Of a stretch of DNA of 64,000 bases, positions 23,985-36,395 are shown piece after piece. How positions within the stretch are numbered: the stretch's first letter is position 1; each line of letters starts with the position of its first letter. The translations under genes and the position numbers were made by a program. This DNA is from Hyphochytrium catenoides (lineage: Eukaryota; Protista; Hyphochytriomycota). The stretch is from contig FLMG01003436.1 in the NCBI GenBank assembly GCA_900088475.1, positions 62,001 to 126,000 of the forward strand, written 5' to 3'. The notes below the pieces were generated by a model. That model did not search any database. It saw only the letters and a list, made by a program, of their open reading frames with translations, and was not told the origin of the DNA.

Positions 23985-25135
23985 TTAGCAGCCAGCTGAA
24001 AAGCTTAGTCCAGGATGCTCTGCAATCAAAGCAGAAGCTTCTTCCTCAAAGTGGACTTCTTTGTCACTCTTTGGGCGCCTCCAAGTATCTCGTGCTCCAT
24101 TCTGCAGCAAGAGAGACTCCAAAAGTTCCATGTGGTCTCCAGGAGCCGCCAATCGAAGGAGGTTCAACGGCATGACTTCATTCTTCGAGAAAGCATGCAA
24201 GAACATAGACCGCCGTCAAAGCAGGCATCAGGGGAACAGGGAGAGACTAGTTTCAGTTGCCAGGAGTGAAGGAAAGCCAAGGACGGGCTAGCGAAGGCAA
24301 AGGAAAACTAGGCTTCGAGATGGGAAGTAAAGAACTATAACAGCTGCCAGACCTTTGCGACTGCATTGACGTCACTACCGAGGGTGACGAGTAAAGCTCC
24401 AAGCCCAGACAGATTCTTGGCGCAGGCAACGTGAAGCGGGGTGTAATAGTCTTCCTCTCTCTAGAGCAGCGGAGCACATGAGACTGGGACCCGTTACAAA
24501 CATCATTTAGACGTAGTCGCAGTAGTGCCATGCCCGGGGATGGCAGGAACATTTGTAAGTAGAAGCAGGGGTCTCCTACCTGAGTGTTGACGTCAAGGCC
24601 CTGGCTGACCAGAAACCTTACGACAGGCTGATATTTCTCTTCATCGCCTTCCTCCGCTGCCGTGTCGAGTATCATGAAGAGTAAAGGTTTCAGAGCGGGA
24701 CTCTCGGGGACAGAGAACCCGTTGCTAGTCATAAAGCGCAAGATGTCAAGACGGGGCTGTAGGGCGGCGTCTATGAAGCTTCGAGCCACATGCCAGTAAG
24801 GTACATCTTCCTATGACAATGATGAAGTTGGCGGGATACCAGATGAGAAATATGAGGTCAGGGTTTATACAGAGGCATCAACCCCTCCAATTCCTCCTGT
24901 CCAACGACAGCATTGGGGCTTGTGAACGATTCCTGATATGCTTCATCGACATTGGTTTTACCTTTGTCAGCCTCCCCGTGAACTCGCGAAGGCCTCTCAG
25001 ATCGCCTTCCCGTATCAATTGATACAGCTGCCGACCGCGCCGCATCTTCTCGTCTGCGGCCTCGGGGTTTACTCCACGAAGAAAGTCAAGTTTCTCCATG
25101 TGAAGGTGCAGCGACTCAGGCTGCCCGAAGGCCAT
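23985..25135 (-). CDS. Ankyrin-repeat protein
   Basis: Spliced exons give VVRFLVSQGLDVNTQ / YTPLHVACAKNLSGLGALLVTLGSDVNA / LLLQNGA, which fit the ankyrin consensus; start is 25135 or 25099. Confidence 0.8.
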
Positions 25136-26204
25136 TGTCACAGATTCACAGAAGCCTTGACTAGCTGTTTATTGCCGGAGAGCAATTCCTTTTGCCTCTA
25201 ACAGCTAGTTCGAACTGCACTAGCTAGGAGGGCATCACTATTGGCTTCTGAAGTAACTCTTCGTAAGTCCGCGAGGCCTAGATGAAAGTTAGGGTTTCCA
25301 AGGTAACCATCCCTCGAGCATCTACTACGGTGTGTCACTATCTTTTGCGCACGCAGGTGTGCACTATCACCTTCCTGCTTCTCGCCACGGATTCAGTCGC
25401 GGGCGCCTGCCGAGCGCAAAGTGCAGCCGCGAAGGAGACGCTGCTGGTCTCCCCTTCCGTTCAGGGATCTGAAGACGATGGGTTGACAGCTTCTCTTCAT
25501 CCTTCTGTCCTTTCATCAAGTTCCGAGGGGAGGTGTGAAGGTTGAAGCTGGAAGGAAAGGGGAGTGTCCTACTGAGTGATAATCACATCCAGATTCTTAT
25601 CTACTTGATTCTTCGGGAAGGAAAACAAGGAAACAAAGGATGGTCGTTAGCGGACTTACCGCTATCTAGGGGTTAGCGGCAACTCGGTGGCTGGTGTGGA
25701 AGAATGACTGTGAGGCGTTATTATCCGTCATCAAGTGATGGACAATGGGGCCACTGGACTGGAGAAGAGGCAGCTCTACCCAAGAGAGTTCTGAAGAAAG
25801 AGGAGGCCTTTCTAAGCCCAGTGTTAGGTTGAAGACGGGAAGAGGAGGAGAGAGGGAAATGCCGCCTGCTTACCGGCTTTCTTCGTTAGGCAAGTCTTTG
25901 GTAAGATATTTTTAAAGTTGGAAGGGACGAGGGAGGGAAAGGGCATCACACTGGGGGTAGATTCCATGAGGGACGGAAGGTTCGGCTTTGCATCTCTAGC
26001 CCACAGTAGGGCGGCTGGGCTCCCAAGTAGGCTTGCCTTACTATGACTGAAGACCTCTGAAAGCCATAATCTGGGCCAGAGTCCCGTCCTTCTCTACTTG
26101 TTAAAGGCGGAGACAAACATCAAGGCCAGTGGGGCGAAACGAATCCGCTGTGATTCAATCTCTTTAAAGTCTTGTCCGCCGCCTGATCAAGGCATCCTGC
26201 AGTG

Positions 26205-27973
26205 ATGGCGACTTCACATCAGAGTAAGGCTGTCCCTCCGGCCGCAGCACCAGCAGTCCAGCCGTTCAAGCCTGGCTCTAACTGGGCAATGCTGAAGCAA
26301 AAGCTGGGGCACACGAAGAGAAAGCTGGAAGAATTTTCGGAGGATACCCCCAAAAAGAGACATCAACCTGCTCTGGCGCCATCAACCGCCAAGGTTACAA
26401 GGTGAATCACTTGAATAGAGCTTAGCAGAGGTGCCCTTGGGTCTGACCATCCTCTATCACTCTTTTTCAGTCCTCAGGGACCCAGAACGCTATTGGAGAT
26501 TGTGAAGGAAGCATCACCAGATATGAAAGGCAATAAGCGGCTACCTATTGACCCAATGCGGATATTGGCAATGGACTGTGAGATGGTGGGTAGACATTGT
26601 TTCGTTCGCATTGCAAAAAACGGATAGATGTAAGAGGATTGGGCTCGGAGGATGGGAGCTGGCTTTTACTGCTTAGGACCAAGAAGTAGGGAGCAGCCTA
26701 CACAAGGGGGCAGAACAGAGATACATAGAGAACAAAGGAGGCCATGTGGCAAATCTAGACACTGATCTCAGGAGCTCGAGGAAGAGAGAAAGGATCCACT
26801 TCTCTTTGGCTGAAGTATCCATGCAGGTGGGCGTAGGAGCCTCAGGCAGGCGCAGTGCCTTGGCTCGATGTAGTATAGTTGACTATGACGGAGAAGTGGT
26901 GTACGATCGTTTCGTCTTGCCTCAAGAGCGCGTAACCGGTAAGTGGCCCATTTCAGGGGGAGCGTCAGCGGCTTCAGCTGCTAGTAGCGGGAAGGGAGCT
27001 TCAAAAGAAGCGGTTTAACATAGAGAGAGCAGGACGAAAGGAGTCCGGGGTAGAAAGCTGAAAGAAGAGGTCGGTAATAGCCGCAGCGGAGTGTAGGGAG
27101 AGCACTCGATAGGCTGACCAAGCAACATACGATAGCTGACTCTTGGCAATCTGATAGACTTTCGGACACGCGTCAGCGGAGTGAGGCCCAAGGACCTAAA
27201 AGACGCCGTTGACTTTAAAACGGTAAATTGGATGGAGGTCTTGTAAGCTGGAGCAGTGGGTTAACGTCGTATTGTTGATAATTTGCCGTAGTGTGCCAAG
27301 GACGTCGCCGGACTATTAAAGGATAAGATCCTCGTAGGCCACGCACTTCATAATGACATGAAGGTGAGCTTACACTGCAAGCAGCGGTATACTGCGTGCG
27401 TTTTGAGTGGAACGCTCTTTTCCCGTGGTGCTCTTGCTTGCCTGCCATGCTCTCTCTGGTAAACCGTTTTACCCTGCAGGTCTTATTCTTCGACCACCCA
27501 AAGCACCTTACCCGTGATACGGCGAAGTATAAGGCTCTAATGGTTCCCAGGAGAACCGGACTGGTGGGCAAAGTATCCATAGATCTACCTACTCCTTGAT
27601 GAGTTCTCATGTGCCTCAATCGTAGAAACTGAAGCCCCAAGCTCTTCGAACGCTAGCGGAAAGGGAACTGGGCGTTAAGATCCAGACAGGAGAGCACAAC
27701 TCGGTATGACGTCGTTCCTCTCGATGGTTTACGCTTCCTTGATGAGCTTGCAGGATTATTAGTCTTGCCATCTCACCCCTTTATCTATCTAATTCGTTCT
27801 GACAATAGGTTGATGATGCCCGCGCTGCCCTTGGGGTTTATAAAAAGCACATGCTAGTCTGGGAACACTCGTTGCGGAGTGGAGGGCATCAGAAGCATGG
27901 CCTCCCAAGAGCAAAACCCCACACCATTTCGCGAGAAGCGCTGCACAAAGCTGCTGGTGGTAACAGCTACTGA
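26205..27973 (+). CDS. REX4: RNA exonuclease 4 (DEDDh), multi-exon
   Basis: N-terminal SNWAML; ILAMDCEM|VGVG..ALARCSIVDYDGEVVYDRFVLPQERVT|DFRTRVSGV..ILVGHALHNDMK..HPKHLTRDTAKY..LGVKIQTGEHNS|VDDARAA; stop 27971-27973. Confidence 0.95.
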
Positions 27974-28785
27974 GGCCTCAACGTAGCCAATGGGATACAC
28001 AGCGATCTACAAAGGGGGTATTTGTTGGATGTTGCTCTACTGGCTTATAGAAGGGTGTTTTACGTTGTCGAGGCCACCCAACATCTATGTAACATAAAGG
28101 ATACAATCCATTGAACAAATGAGGATCAACAACGCATCTTGTATATACGACCTCTCAGTCTCCTGGCCCGGCCAATAAGGCTGTCTACAAACCCCCAGAT
28201 GCGGATGGGCGGAGCACCAGCCATCAGCCACAGGCTGCCACCCGCTACTAGTAGGTCACTATCGTGCCTGGATGAAGGAAGGACAGACGGTTCTAAAGGT
28301 GAAGATCATCAATCCTAAAGTCTCAGTTGGTCCATCAGAGGTCAAATCTCTGCTTTCCAGACCAAACTCGGTTCATTGGCCGCAATGAACTTGGCCTTCC
28401 CACTGTCATAGAAAACGTGGCAGCTGAGCTGCAGTAGGCAGAGAAGCAGCCAAGTAATCTACGGAACCACAAGCGTAACAGGTGCCAGTACTAGCACATC
28501 TGCAAATAAGACATCATGAGCTTCTCAAAAAAGCGCACATGACAGCGCTGTCAAAACTCCTGAAGATTTTGAGCGCTTATCTCTGGGCATTTACCTTGCT
28601 AATCGAGCCTCGCACTGGGACCTAGAGCGAAGACTTTGAAGACCCCATTAAAGCCATTGAAGTTATCGCGAAGCTGTCATAGATCTACTAAGTAGAGCTC
28701 AGAAGAAGAGCCCGTAGACATAGCTTTCTCTGTGCACTGAAGACTACAGAGGCGAGTCTCCGTTGTTTCTGTGATGAGCTGAAGG

Positions 28786-28830
28786 TGTCAGATGTCAGAT
28801 TCCAGAGTTCAGAGTTCAGAGTTCAGAGTT
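28786..28830. repeat. Short heptamer tandem array (TGTCAGA/GTTCAGA, about 6 units)
   Basis: tgtcaga tgtcaga ttccaga gttcaga gttcaga gttcaga gtt read directly. Confidence 0.8.
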
Positions 28831-29271
28831 GTTATTATTCTTGAGAGTATGCCCTTTTATTAGAAATATATGGTTATTCTATCACCTGGAACTGTACAGT
28901 ACAGTAGCTTTGTAGCCACTGCTATGTAACCCAGGTCCAGGTCTCTATCTAACACTTTATGACCCATGAAGTTATATGGTTACCCGGATATGGTTCATGG
29001 GTGACAATTGGTTGGCCACTCACTATGTCTAGTAGTAGGCTTGCCTGTGACATCTACAATGTATGAGATTACTGGAGTGGTAATGACTCTTCTTAGGAGC
29101 GTTGATGGCCAACGGAGGCAGCTCTGAGAGTTCCGCCCAAATCTGCAACTCGCTCTGAAGCTTTCATCACTTTCTGCATCTCCGTCGAGGCTTGTGGAGC
29201 TCACAGAAGCACTAGGAAGCTGAGAAGCAAGCCAGATTCTCTGCCAGAGACAGCACTACTTGTTAGGAAAG

Positions 29272-29995
29272 ATGGTGTCCGCTAAGAAGACGGTACGATT
29301 CTTTCTCCCGGCCGTCGGACGTGTGACTGCCATCACCTTCTCTTCTATCTTACTGTTTCTTTTGTCTTCATTGGTATACCACGGCACGAGGAATGGTGTC
29401 TTGTCCGCGCAACGTGTGCACATGGACTGAGCTTTATTCTAGACTCAGCCAGCCCTATGAGAGTGACAGACACTCCTGCTTGTCGAAGAATTATGCCTTT
29501 CCTCTGTATAGTTTTTCTGTGTGGAAGTATAATGACTTACGTTGTCGCTTGTGACGTCTGAGCAGAAGAAGACCATGGAGAGCATCAACTCTCGCCTCCA
29601 GCTCGTTATGAAGAGCGGAAAGGTTGCCCTTGGTTACAAGCAGACCCTTAAGAACCTGAGGAGCAACAAGGGTAAGCTACGTATTATAATGTCGTTTGGT
29701 GCTTGCAGTGGATGCTCAATCAAATCCTTGGACAACTCTTCTTTGTGCCTTTCTCTTTCGCCCGTTCCCACCTTTAGCCAAGCTCATCATCCTGAGCAAC
29801 AACACTCCTCCTCTTCGCAAGTCTGAGATTGAGTACTATGCAATGCTTGCCAAGACTGGCGTGCACCACTACTCTGGCAACAGTGCTGACCTCGGAACCG
29901 CATGCGGAAAGTACTTCCGCTGCTCCGTCCTCACCATCATCGATGCTGGTGACTCAGACATCATCCGCTCCATGCCTGCTGGCGGCCAGGAGTAA
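29272..29995 (+). CDS. RPL30: 60S ribosomal protein L30 (eL30), 3 exons
   Basis: Exons 29272-29292, 29566-29671, 29778-29995: [70 protein letters not shown]. Confidence 0.98.
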
Positions 29996-30481
29996 TAGGT
30001 CTGTCTGAAGATAAATAAAGTGCTTCTCAAGGCAGTTATGTGTCCTAAAATTATCGACAACCTTCCGTCCTGGTCCATAATTTTGACACCTTTGGGGGGC
30101 GGATGTTGCATAGCGTAGCTTGTCACATAGGTGGTGACCTCATCTTACCAGTAGCATTAAACCATTCCCTGTCAGTCGATCTTGTAAACCCTGGTATGCA
30201 GAGTCATCGGCTTTATGGCCCCAGTTGGATCGCAGTGCTCTACACGACGGCCATACGTCCATATACGGACAAGTCAAGCCCCAGTGACGACGACGTTGCA
30301 ATCTCAGTTGCTATAGTCCGCAGCTTCAAGGAGAACTAATCTAGAAGTCGCAAGCAGCTAGAGACTGTATTTGGTGAAGCACTTCAGAGCGATCATATTT
30401 TTACAATGTTTATTGGTAACTCATAACATGGCACTTGACAAAGCACAGTTGGAAGGGGAAGCATGACATGGCTTGCAGCCC

Positions 30482-33400
30482 TTATCGCCCGTTTAAAAAA
30501 GTGGGAGCAGCATTTGGCGTTTGCTGTTTCACTTGGCCATATGGGTAGGAAGGAGTAGGTCCTTGCACCGGTGGAGAAGGACTAGGGGCTATGGGAACTG
30601 CAACGCGAGGGGAGACAAGAGGAAGGGTAGGCCCCTGTGGGTTCTTCTGTGGTGGTGGCAGAACTGGTGGGAGAGTTGTAGGGGTAGGAAGCGCAGTTGG
30701 AGAGAGAAGAGCATTCGGAGCCGGAAGAGGGGGTGGCGGGGCTTGCTGATGGAGGAACATGGGATGCTGCTTCAGGAGTGGGGGAGAAGAGGCCATTGAG
30801 ATAAGACTGTTAGGCGCCTGATCAAGACGAAGATTAAGGAAGGGGGAGTACGGTCATCTACAATAGGATGCGGTACAAGATTAGAAAGGCAAGCAGAAGG
30901 GAAGTCACAAAAAAATGCTTCCTGCTTAATTCCTCACAGAACCATAAGATAGTGACCACAAGAGAGAACCAAGAGCAAGTCAGAACGAAAGGGCTTGATG
31001 CTCACATTGTGGCTCTGATGATGCAAGGCAGTCGGCGGTGGAAGTGCGGGAGGCTTTCCCTCTTGAGGAGAGGATAAAATTTGTGGGAGAAGCATGGCCT
31101 TCTGCTTGCCGTGGTCTGCTCTATTTGTTGATAGAGGCTCCAGCTTAGGCTTTGCTTTGGGGGTATGCTCTTTAGCGCCACTCTGACCTCCATGTGGAGT
31201 CCTTTTCCCTTGTCCGCTACTTCTTCCCTTTTCGGCCTAGAGGAATAGAAGAGTCAAGTTATAACTGTGGGTCGTCCTCTCACTGGATGCATCATTGAAG
31301 GCCCAATCCTTGTCACATGCTAGACTCGACTTCTGTCTCCTTCAGTTTTCTCATTACTCTCTCTCACTATGGGGTCACTCACCGCTCTAGGGGAGGCCCC
31401 AGGCATGTCGGGATTGTCAGAATGGAGCCACCGGTAAGTGATGCCGTCTGCATATGGAGACTCTCTGCGTAATAAGTCATTCTGGTGAGTTGAAAACGGC
31501 GCAACCCATGGTACTAGAAGATAGAGTAAGAAAGCGAAACATAGAGAGGGCTAGATGCGAGGTGTATGAATAGGCTCCAGGCTAAGAGAATGGGGTTGAA
31601 AGACCTGAGAGCTGCTTCCAGGTGAGTCAGATCTCTTCTGGGCCGCTTCCTCGATGCAATCATCTGTAAACAACGCAAACGTCACCGATCATCGCTCAAC
31701 CAATGCACTCTCTTAGTAATATAAAGGTGCCAATACCTTTATTTCACCTTTTGAAACGAGTGAAATGAGCTTGCTTGGCCGAGGTGCATCTTTGTCATTC
31801 CCTAAGGTCATCAAAGGGCAGAATGACAAGTAGAACAAGATGATGATGAGCTACTCTAAGATTTAGGGGTCAGAAGGTAAGCATGACGGGTCCTTCAAGT
31901 GAAAATCATAATGCTCTCATAGCCTTGGTCGAGGACAGGATTACAAGCTCGCTATGGGAAGTGGTGCTTTTACCGTGATATTTCTCTTCAATTGTACTTA
32001 GCTCCCCAGCACCCTTATCTGAGGCATTGGCCCTGGCGATCCTAAACAAGGGCGAGGCTGGACAGCGAGGGTTCCAGCAGCTGTCAGATGTGGCCTGAGT
32101 ACAAAAGCTAATGAGACATTCCCGCATGCATGCAGATATATCTTCCAGGGACTAGTGCCCGAGACTTTCGCCTTACTATATAGGAGCTCTCATCCTTACC
32201 TCTTTCTCCACGTGACATGAATAGCAGGCAGGTATTGAGACCAAATCTTTTAGTTCCTCTTCCTTTTCCATGGACGCCAGAAGAGTATCCAAGTTCTCGC
32301 TCTCCTTGCTCTCCGCCTCAATCTTGTGGAGGTGTTCAATAAGATTCGGCCGTCCTCTGATCCTATCCATCATCTTTATGATGTGTCGCCGTAAATTCTC
32401 ACGGAAGACGGTCTAGAACAGGATGGTCGACAGGAGACGAAGGTCAGAAGAGGGCGCCTTTATGGTGGTCCATAACAGAGAGAGGCCTCAGCAAAGCGGA
32501 ACGTCAAAGTCACAGAAAACAGCTGAAAATGTTAGACACAGAATGAGGGACAGCGGACATCTCCCCATCCAGAAAATAGGTGAAAGTAGAAGTGAGGAGG
32601 GCACATCACACCAGAAGATAAAGCGAGAAGCTTTAAGAGGAATAAAAGGCAGATGTCGAGGTGTTCGATGGGTACACCCACAAGGTTTGCTGGGTGGAAC
32701 TCTGCTGAAGGCGGTGGGTGCTCACTGTCATTGCCGTTGGCAAGATAGGCTAGCTTTCTTACGTCCTCCAGGTGTAAGTCCTGCAGATGATAAACAAGCT
32801 GGAAGAAAGATAAGCAGAAGGCGTATATTGAAAGACCAATAGTATAGGGACTCCCAGAAAGGGGATGAGTTGAATGAACCTCTGAAAAGAGAGGAGTCTG
32901 GCAGAAGTACTGAGGGTGCTGGACAGTCCACTAATAACAGTGGCAAATCAAAGGTCACTCGCTGGTGGAAGCCTCAGCCACGACGACAGCTCCACCAAAG
33001 TTATGAATACGCACCTTCTTCTTGTCAATGTCAACTGTGCAAATGTCATCCTCAACCCAGGAAATAATCCCACGCTTTCCGTTCGGTAACCAGGCCTAAT
33101 GGTGAGATATGATGTTAGGTCTTTCCCTTAAGATTTTCTTCGCCCCCGGTAAAGCCTTCTACACGCAGATAAAGCCTCTCCTCCCTAGGTCTTGCTGTTC
33201 TACCAATAGGCTCCTCAAGCTGGCACGAACAGGACTTACGAATCTGCCAATCAAACTGTTGTTGCTGGACTTCTTTGACGCACTGCTCTTTGGACGGTTG
33301 CTATCTGTGCAGGGGTTGTACCGCGTCAGTACATGGTTTACGGCAGGAGCGTGGCTGTTATTTGGGGCCAGGGTCGGATGCTTGGCCTGTCTTTAGGCTT

Positions 33401-36395
33401 TGCTTTTGAGAAATCACTGACAGCGAGGATTGGATACGGCATGGTAGACGGAGCTCAGAAGATGTCTGCATCACCTTTCGGCCGCTTCTTAGCTGGTTCT
33501 TCTTCCAGTTCGTTGTCTGAGTCTTCATCCTCTTTGCGACCTTTAACCCCTTCTTTTTCTGCCCCTGACCCGCCCCTCTTCCTTTTCTTCTGCTCGTCAT
33601 CGTCATCGTCGTCGTCCTCATTCCCTTGAGAATGCTTTCCGGCTCGAGATCCTCCAGTACTGGTCCCACTAGAGTCACCAGCTGAGTGAGCAGCAGCATC
33701 CCCTGGTCGCAAGAAAGTGGGCAGGGAGACGGTCGGGTGAGAACAGACTCCCCAGAAGATGAGAGTCCTTTACGCTGTTGCCTTGAGCGACGGAAAGAAG
33801 CTAGGGCGTTGACGTAGAGATGATTAACGCATTTACCTTCTTTAGAACCAGCGTCATCCTTACTTCCTGTGCCTTTCTTGGTGGACCCATCACCGCTGTC
33901 ATTTGTGGCAGAGCAATAAACCTGAAAGGACCTTGTTCAGAGCTACCTCTCTCTAATAATGCTCAGTTCGATTTTTCCCGTTTTTCCTTTGCTTACCGGA
34001 ATCCCTTCTTTCTCCGCTTCCACCGCTTTATCCATTGTCTGCGGAACTCCACTCTCGGGTATGGTGACAGTGGCGGTGGCTCCTTGATCCTCCCTTAACT
34101 TCAACTCATCTAACACTGCCAACTGAACCCCGTCTTCACAATTTTCTCCCTGTGGAAAGGGACTGAGTAGGGCTCACGGCGGTTTCATTGGATAAAGGGA
34201 GAGATGAACATAAGCCCTGTCGGTAACCCAGAAGCTATGACCCTTCGTGCCTAGGAACCATATGACTGCGACAGTGGTGAGAGGAAGGAGCAAATCGAAA
34301 GGAGCGCAACCGTGCACGACGAAGTTATCCTTGTCTTGCTTGCTTCCCTTTCTAAAGGTCAACAGTAGTACTGCCAAAGGCCTTACCGTCTCCAGCGGAA
34401 CCAAAGAGTGGCAGTCGATCGAGGCTCGTCCCTCTTTACCCAGCGCAGACTCATCTAACAGGTCTTTCTGCTCGGAAAGCTTCAGATGGAGTGGAAGGTA
34501 ATCGACTACGTAAGCCAAACTCTGAAGCACGATGCAACACCTGCAAAGCTTGTGACTCTAATTACCTGATACGAAGAGAATGGCTTCACTACAACCAATT
34601 GCGAGAGAAGCAGCCAGGAAGAGCAGTGACGTAGCTCCTCATTATATATAGTACAATGGTGCCCATCAGCAGCTATCTGCAGAACGTAATGGTCAGAACA
34701 AACTTAGCTCCCCTTTACCGTCTAATCGGCATGCCAGCTATACCTCTCCCGCTTGTTGCGATTAACTCTCCATGCAATCGTTTGAACCTCTCAATTTAGT
34801 TATCCGCCTTGGGTCTCTCTCTTCTCTTTGTGTTCAGGGCATGTTCCCCTATCTTTCTCCTTCCTTTGTCTTCTCGCGCTCGCCTTTTTACCTCTGGCTG
34901 CAATTCCTTGACGATCACCTTGGCGTCGACAGAGTACGGAGAGGCCACTTCAGTCCCTACTAGGCTAGTGGGCTCTTTGCTTAGAGGAGCGGAAGTGAGA
35001 GGGGTGATGTCCTCGCCTCCATCTTCATCAATCTGATCACACCGCATCCCGTCGACAGACATCAAATCGGGTGCCCTGAAAGTGTAAACTTTGCCACTAG
35101 GGGCTGTCACCCTATACCAGGTGTTTGGGTGTACACCTTGTACAACACCAATCTCCTGAATAAGGTGCGATGGGCGCTGCTCTATGTTTAGCGTTGCCCC
35201 TATTATTACTTCCATGCTTTTCTTGAAGGAAACTTGGAAAGCTGCCGACTCCTGTTCATCATCAAACTAGTGAAAGGAGATGGGGTGAGCCCCTGTATAG
35301 GTGGGTGAATATTGGGCAACGGAGGTTAACGAGGGACAACATGGCACAACATGGCCTAGAGAGAAACGCCCAATAGTACTAGAGATGATGTGAAAGATAG
35401 GTCCACCGGCGAAAGGTAAATTGGCATGAAGCACCCTCAACTTATTGGCAGATACCAGGGAGCTAGCAGATAAATGTAATAGGCAGATAACACCTGTGAC
35501 TCAACAATATTAGCCCGCTTTGTGGCGCCATTTCTCACCTTGCTCTCATTGAGAAACTGTTGTGATACTTTCTGTCCGGCCGGATCAGAGAGGCAACCTT
35601 CAAAGGGGGTCAGAAGGGGCGTGATCCTAAGAGTCCGGTCCTGCATCATCTCTGGAAGAACAGCTGCTGATGGCTTGAAAGAAACAAGGCTCTCACACTG
35701 ATGACATCGCTATAACGCCAAGGACTGCATCCATCCAGATCGAAAGGGGAATTTCCTATTGCAAAGGTCAAGGAGATCAGTAAACTGCGCAATACGGTGT
35801 AAGCATGTGTATGTCGATTAGAGTCTTCCTCAGCACTCAGACCGATAAAGGCAACCCAACTCACATGAAGGAAGAGGGAAGGTTTGCTCTGCGCTTACGT
35901 CCAGAAGGGAGGAGCTTGCTCAAAGCAGCCGGTTGGCATAGCAGCTAGGAGGGTTGCACTAGGAGGGTTGCACGGCGCCGCTATTTTGAGTACCCCAAGT
36001 GTGACTCCTTAGGCTTCTCTCTAAGGGAGACAGCACTACAACGACTCGTTCAGGTGCAGCACAATGAAATGCCGATAAAAGGAGCCGTCGTACGCAGCGT
36101 GAAGCAGGACTAAAATAGCGCTAAGCCTTAGACAAGGTTTGCTCCTCCAATGGTGCTTCAACGAGTATCGCGGGTCCAAGCCAAGCAGGCACGGAGATCA
36201 GCAAGGTAAACACTTATTCACGCTTGATTGAAAGCTGCCCCCTCCTCTCCGACAGGTTCTGCCGTGGCGCTGCCCGGTCTTTCTTGTCTCTCCTAGTGCT
36301 CTCCTCCGCTGCTATTGCCTCTGCTGTGGAGCTTTGGCTGTTGCTGGCTGGTCGGATGGGGGCCGCACTCTCGTTTCGCGCTGCTTCTTGCATCT
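30482..36395 (-). CDS. Large multi-exon hypothetical protein with KOW/SH3-like modules, charged NLS-rich middle and Pro-rich C-terminus
   Basis: Minus-strand exons with GT-AG borders: IGATLNIEQRPSHLIQEIGVVQGVHPNTWYRVTAPSGKVYTFRAPDL; IGRF|AWLPNGKRGIISWVEDDICTVDIDKKK; KKRKR and PAKKRPK; terminal Pro-rich exon ending 30482; 5' end and some junctions uncertain. Confidence 0.5.
35945..35972. repeat. Perfect 14-bp tandem duplication (CTAGGAGGGTTGCA x2)
   Basis: Read directly; on the minus strand each unit ends in CCTCCTAG, an acceptor-like sequence. Confidence 0.85.

Noticed and set aside
28100-29204. Possible small minus-strand Cys-containing gene divergent from RPL30 (VQCEARLARCASTGTCYACGS|LSCHVFYDSG)
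   Set aside because: Only some junctions fit, with no clear start, stop or family; needs RNA-seq
29222-29565. eL30 autoregulatory kink-turn or intronic snoRNA in RPL30 intron 1
   Set aside because: No C box and no convincing H/ACA or kink-turn pairing could be drawn by eye
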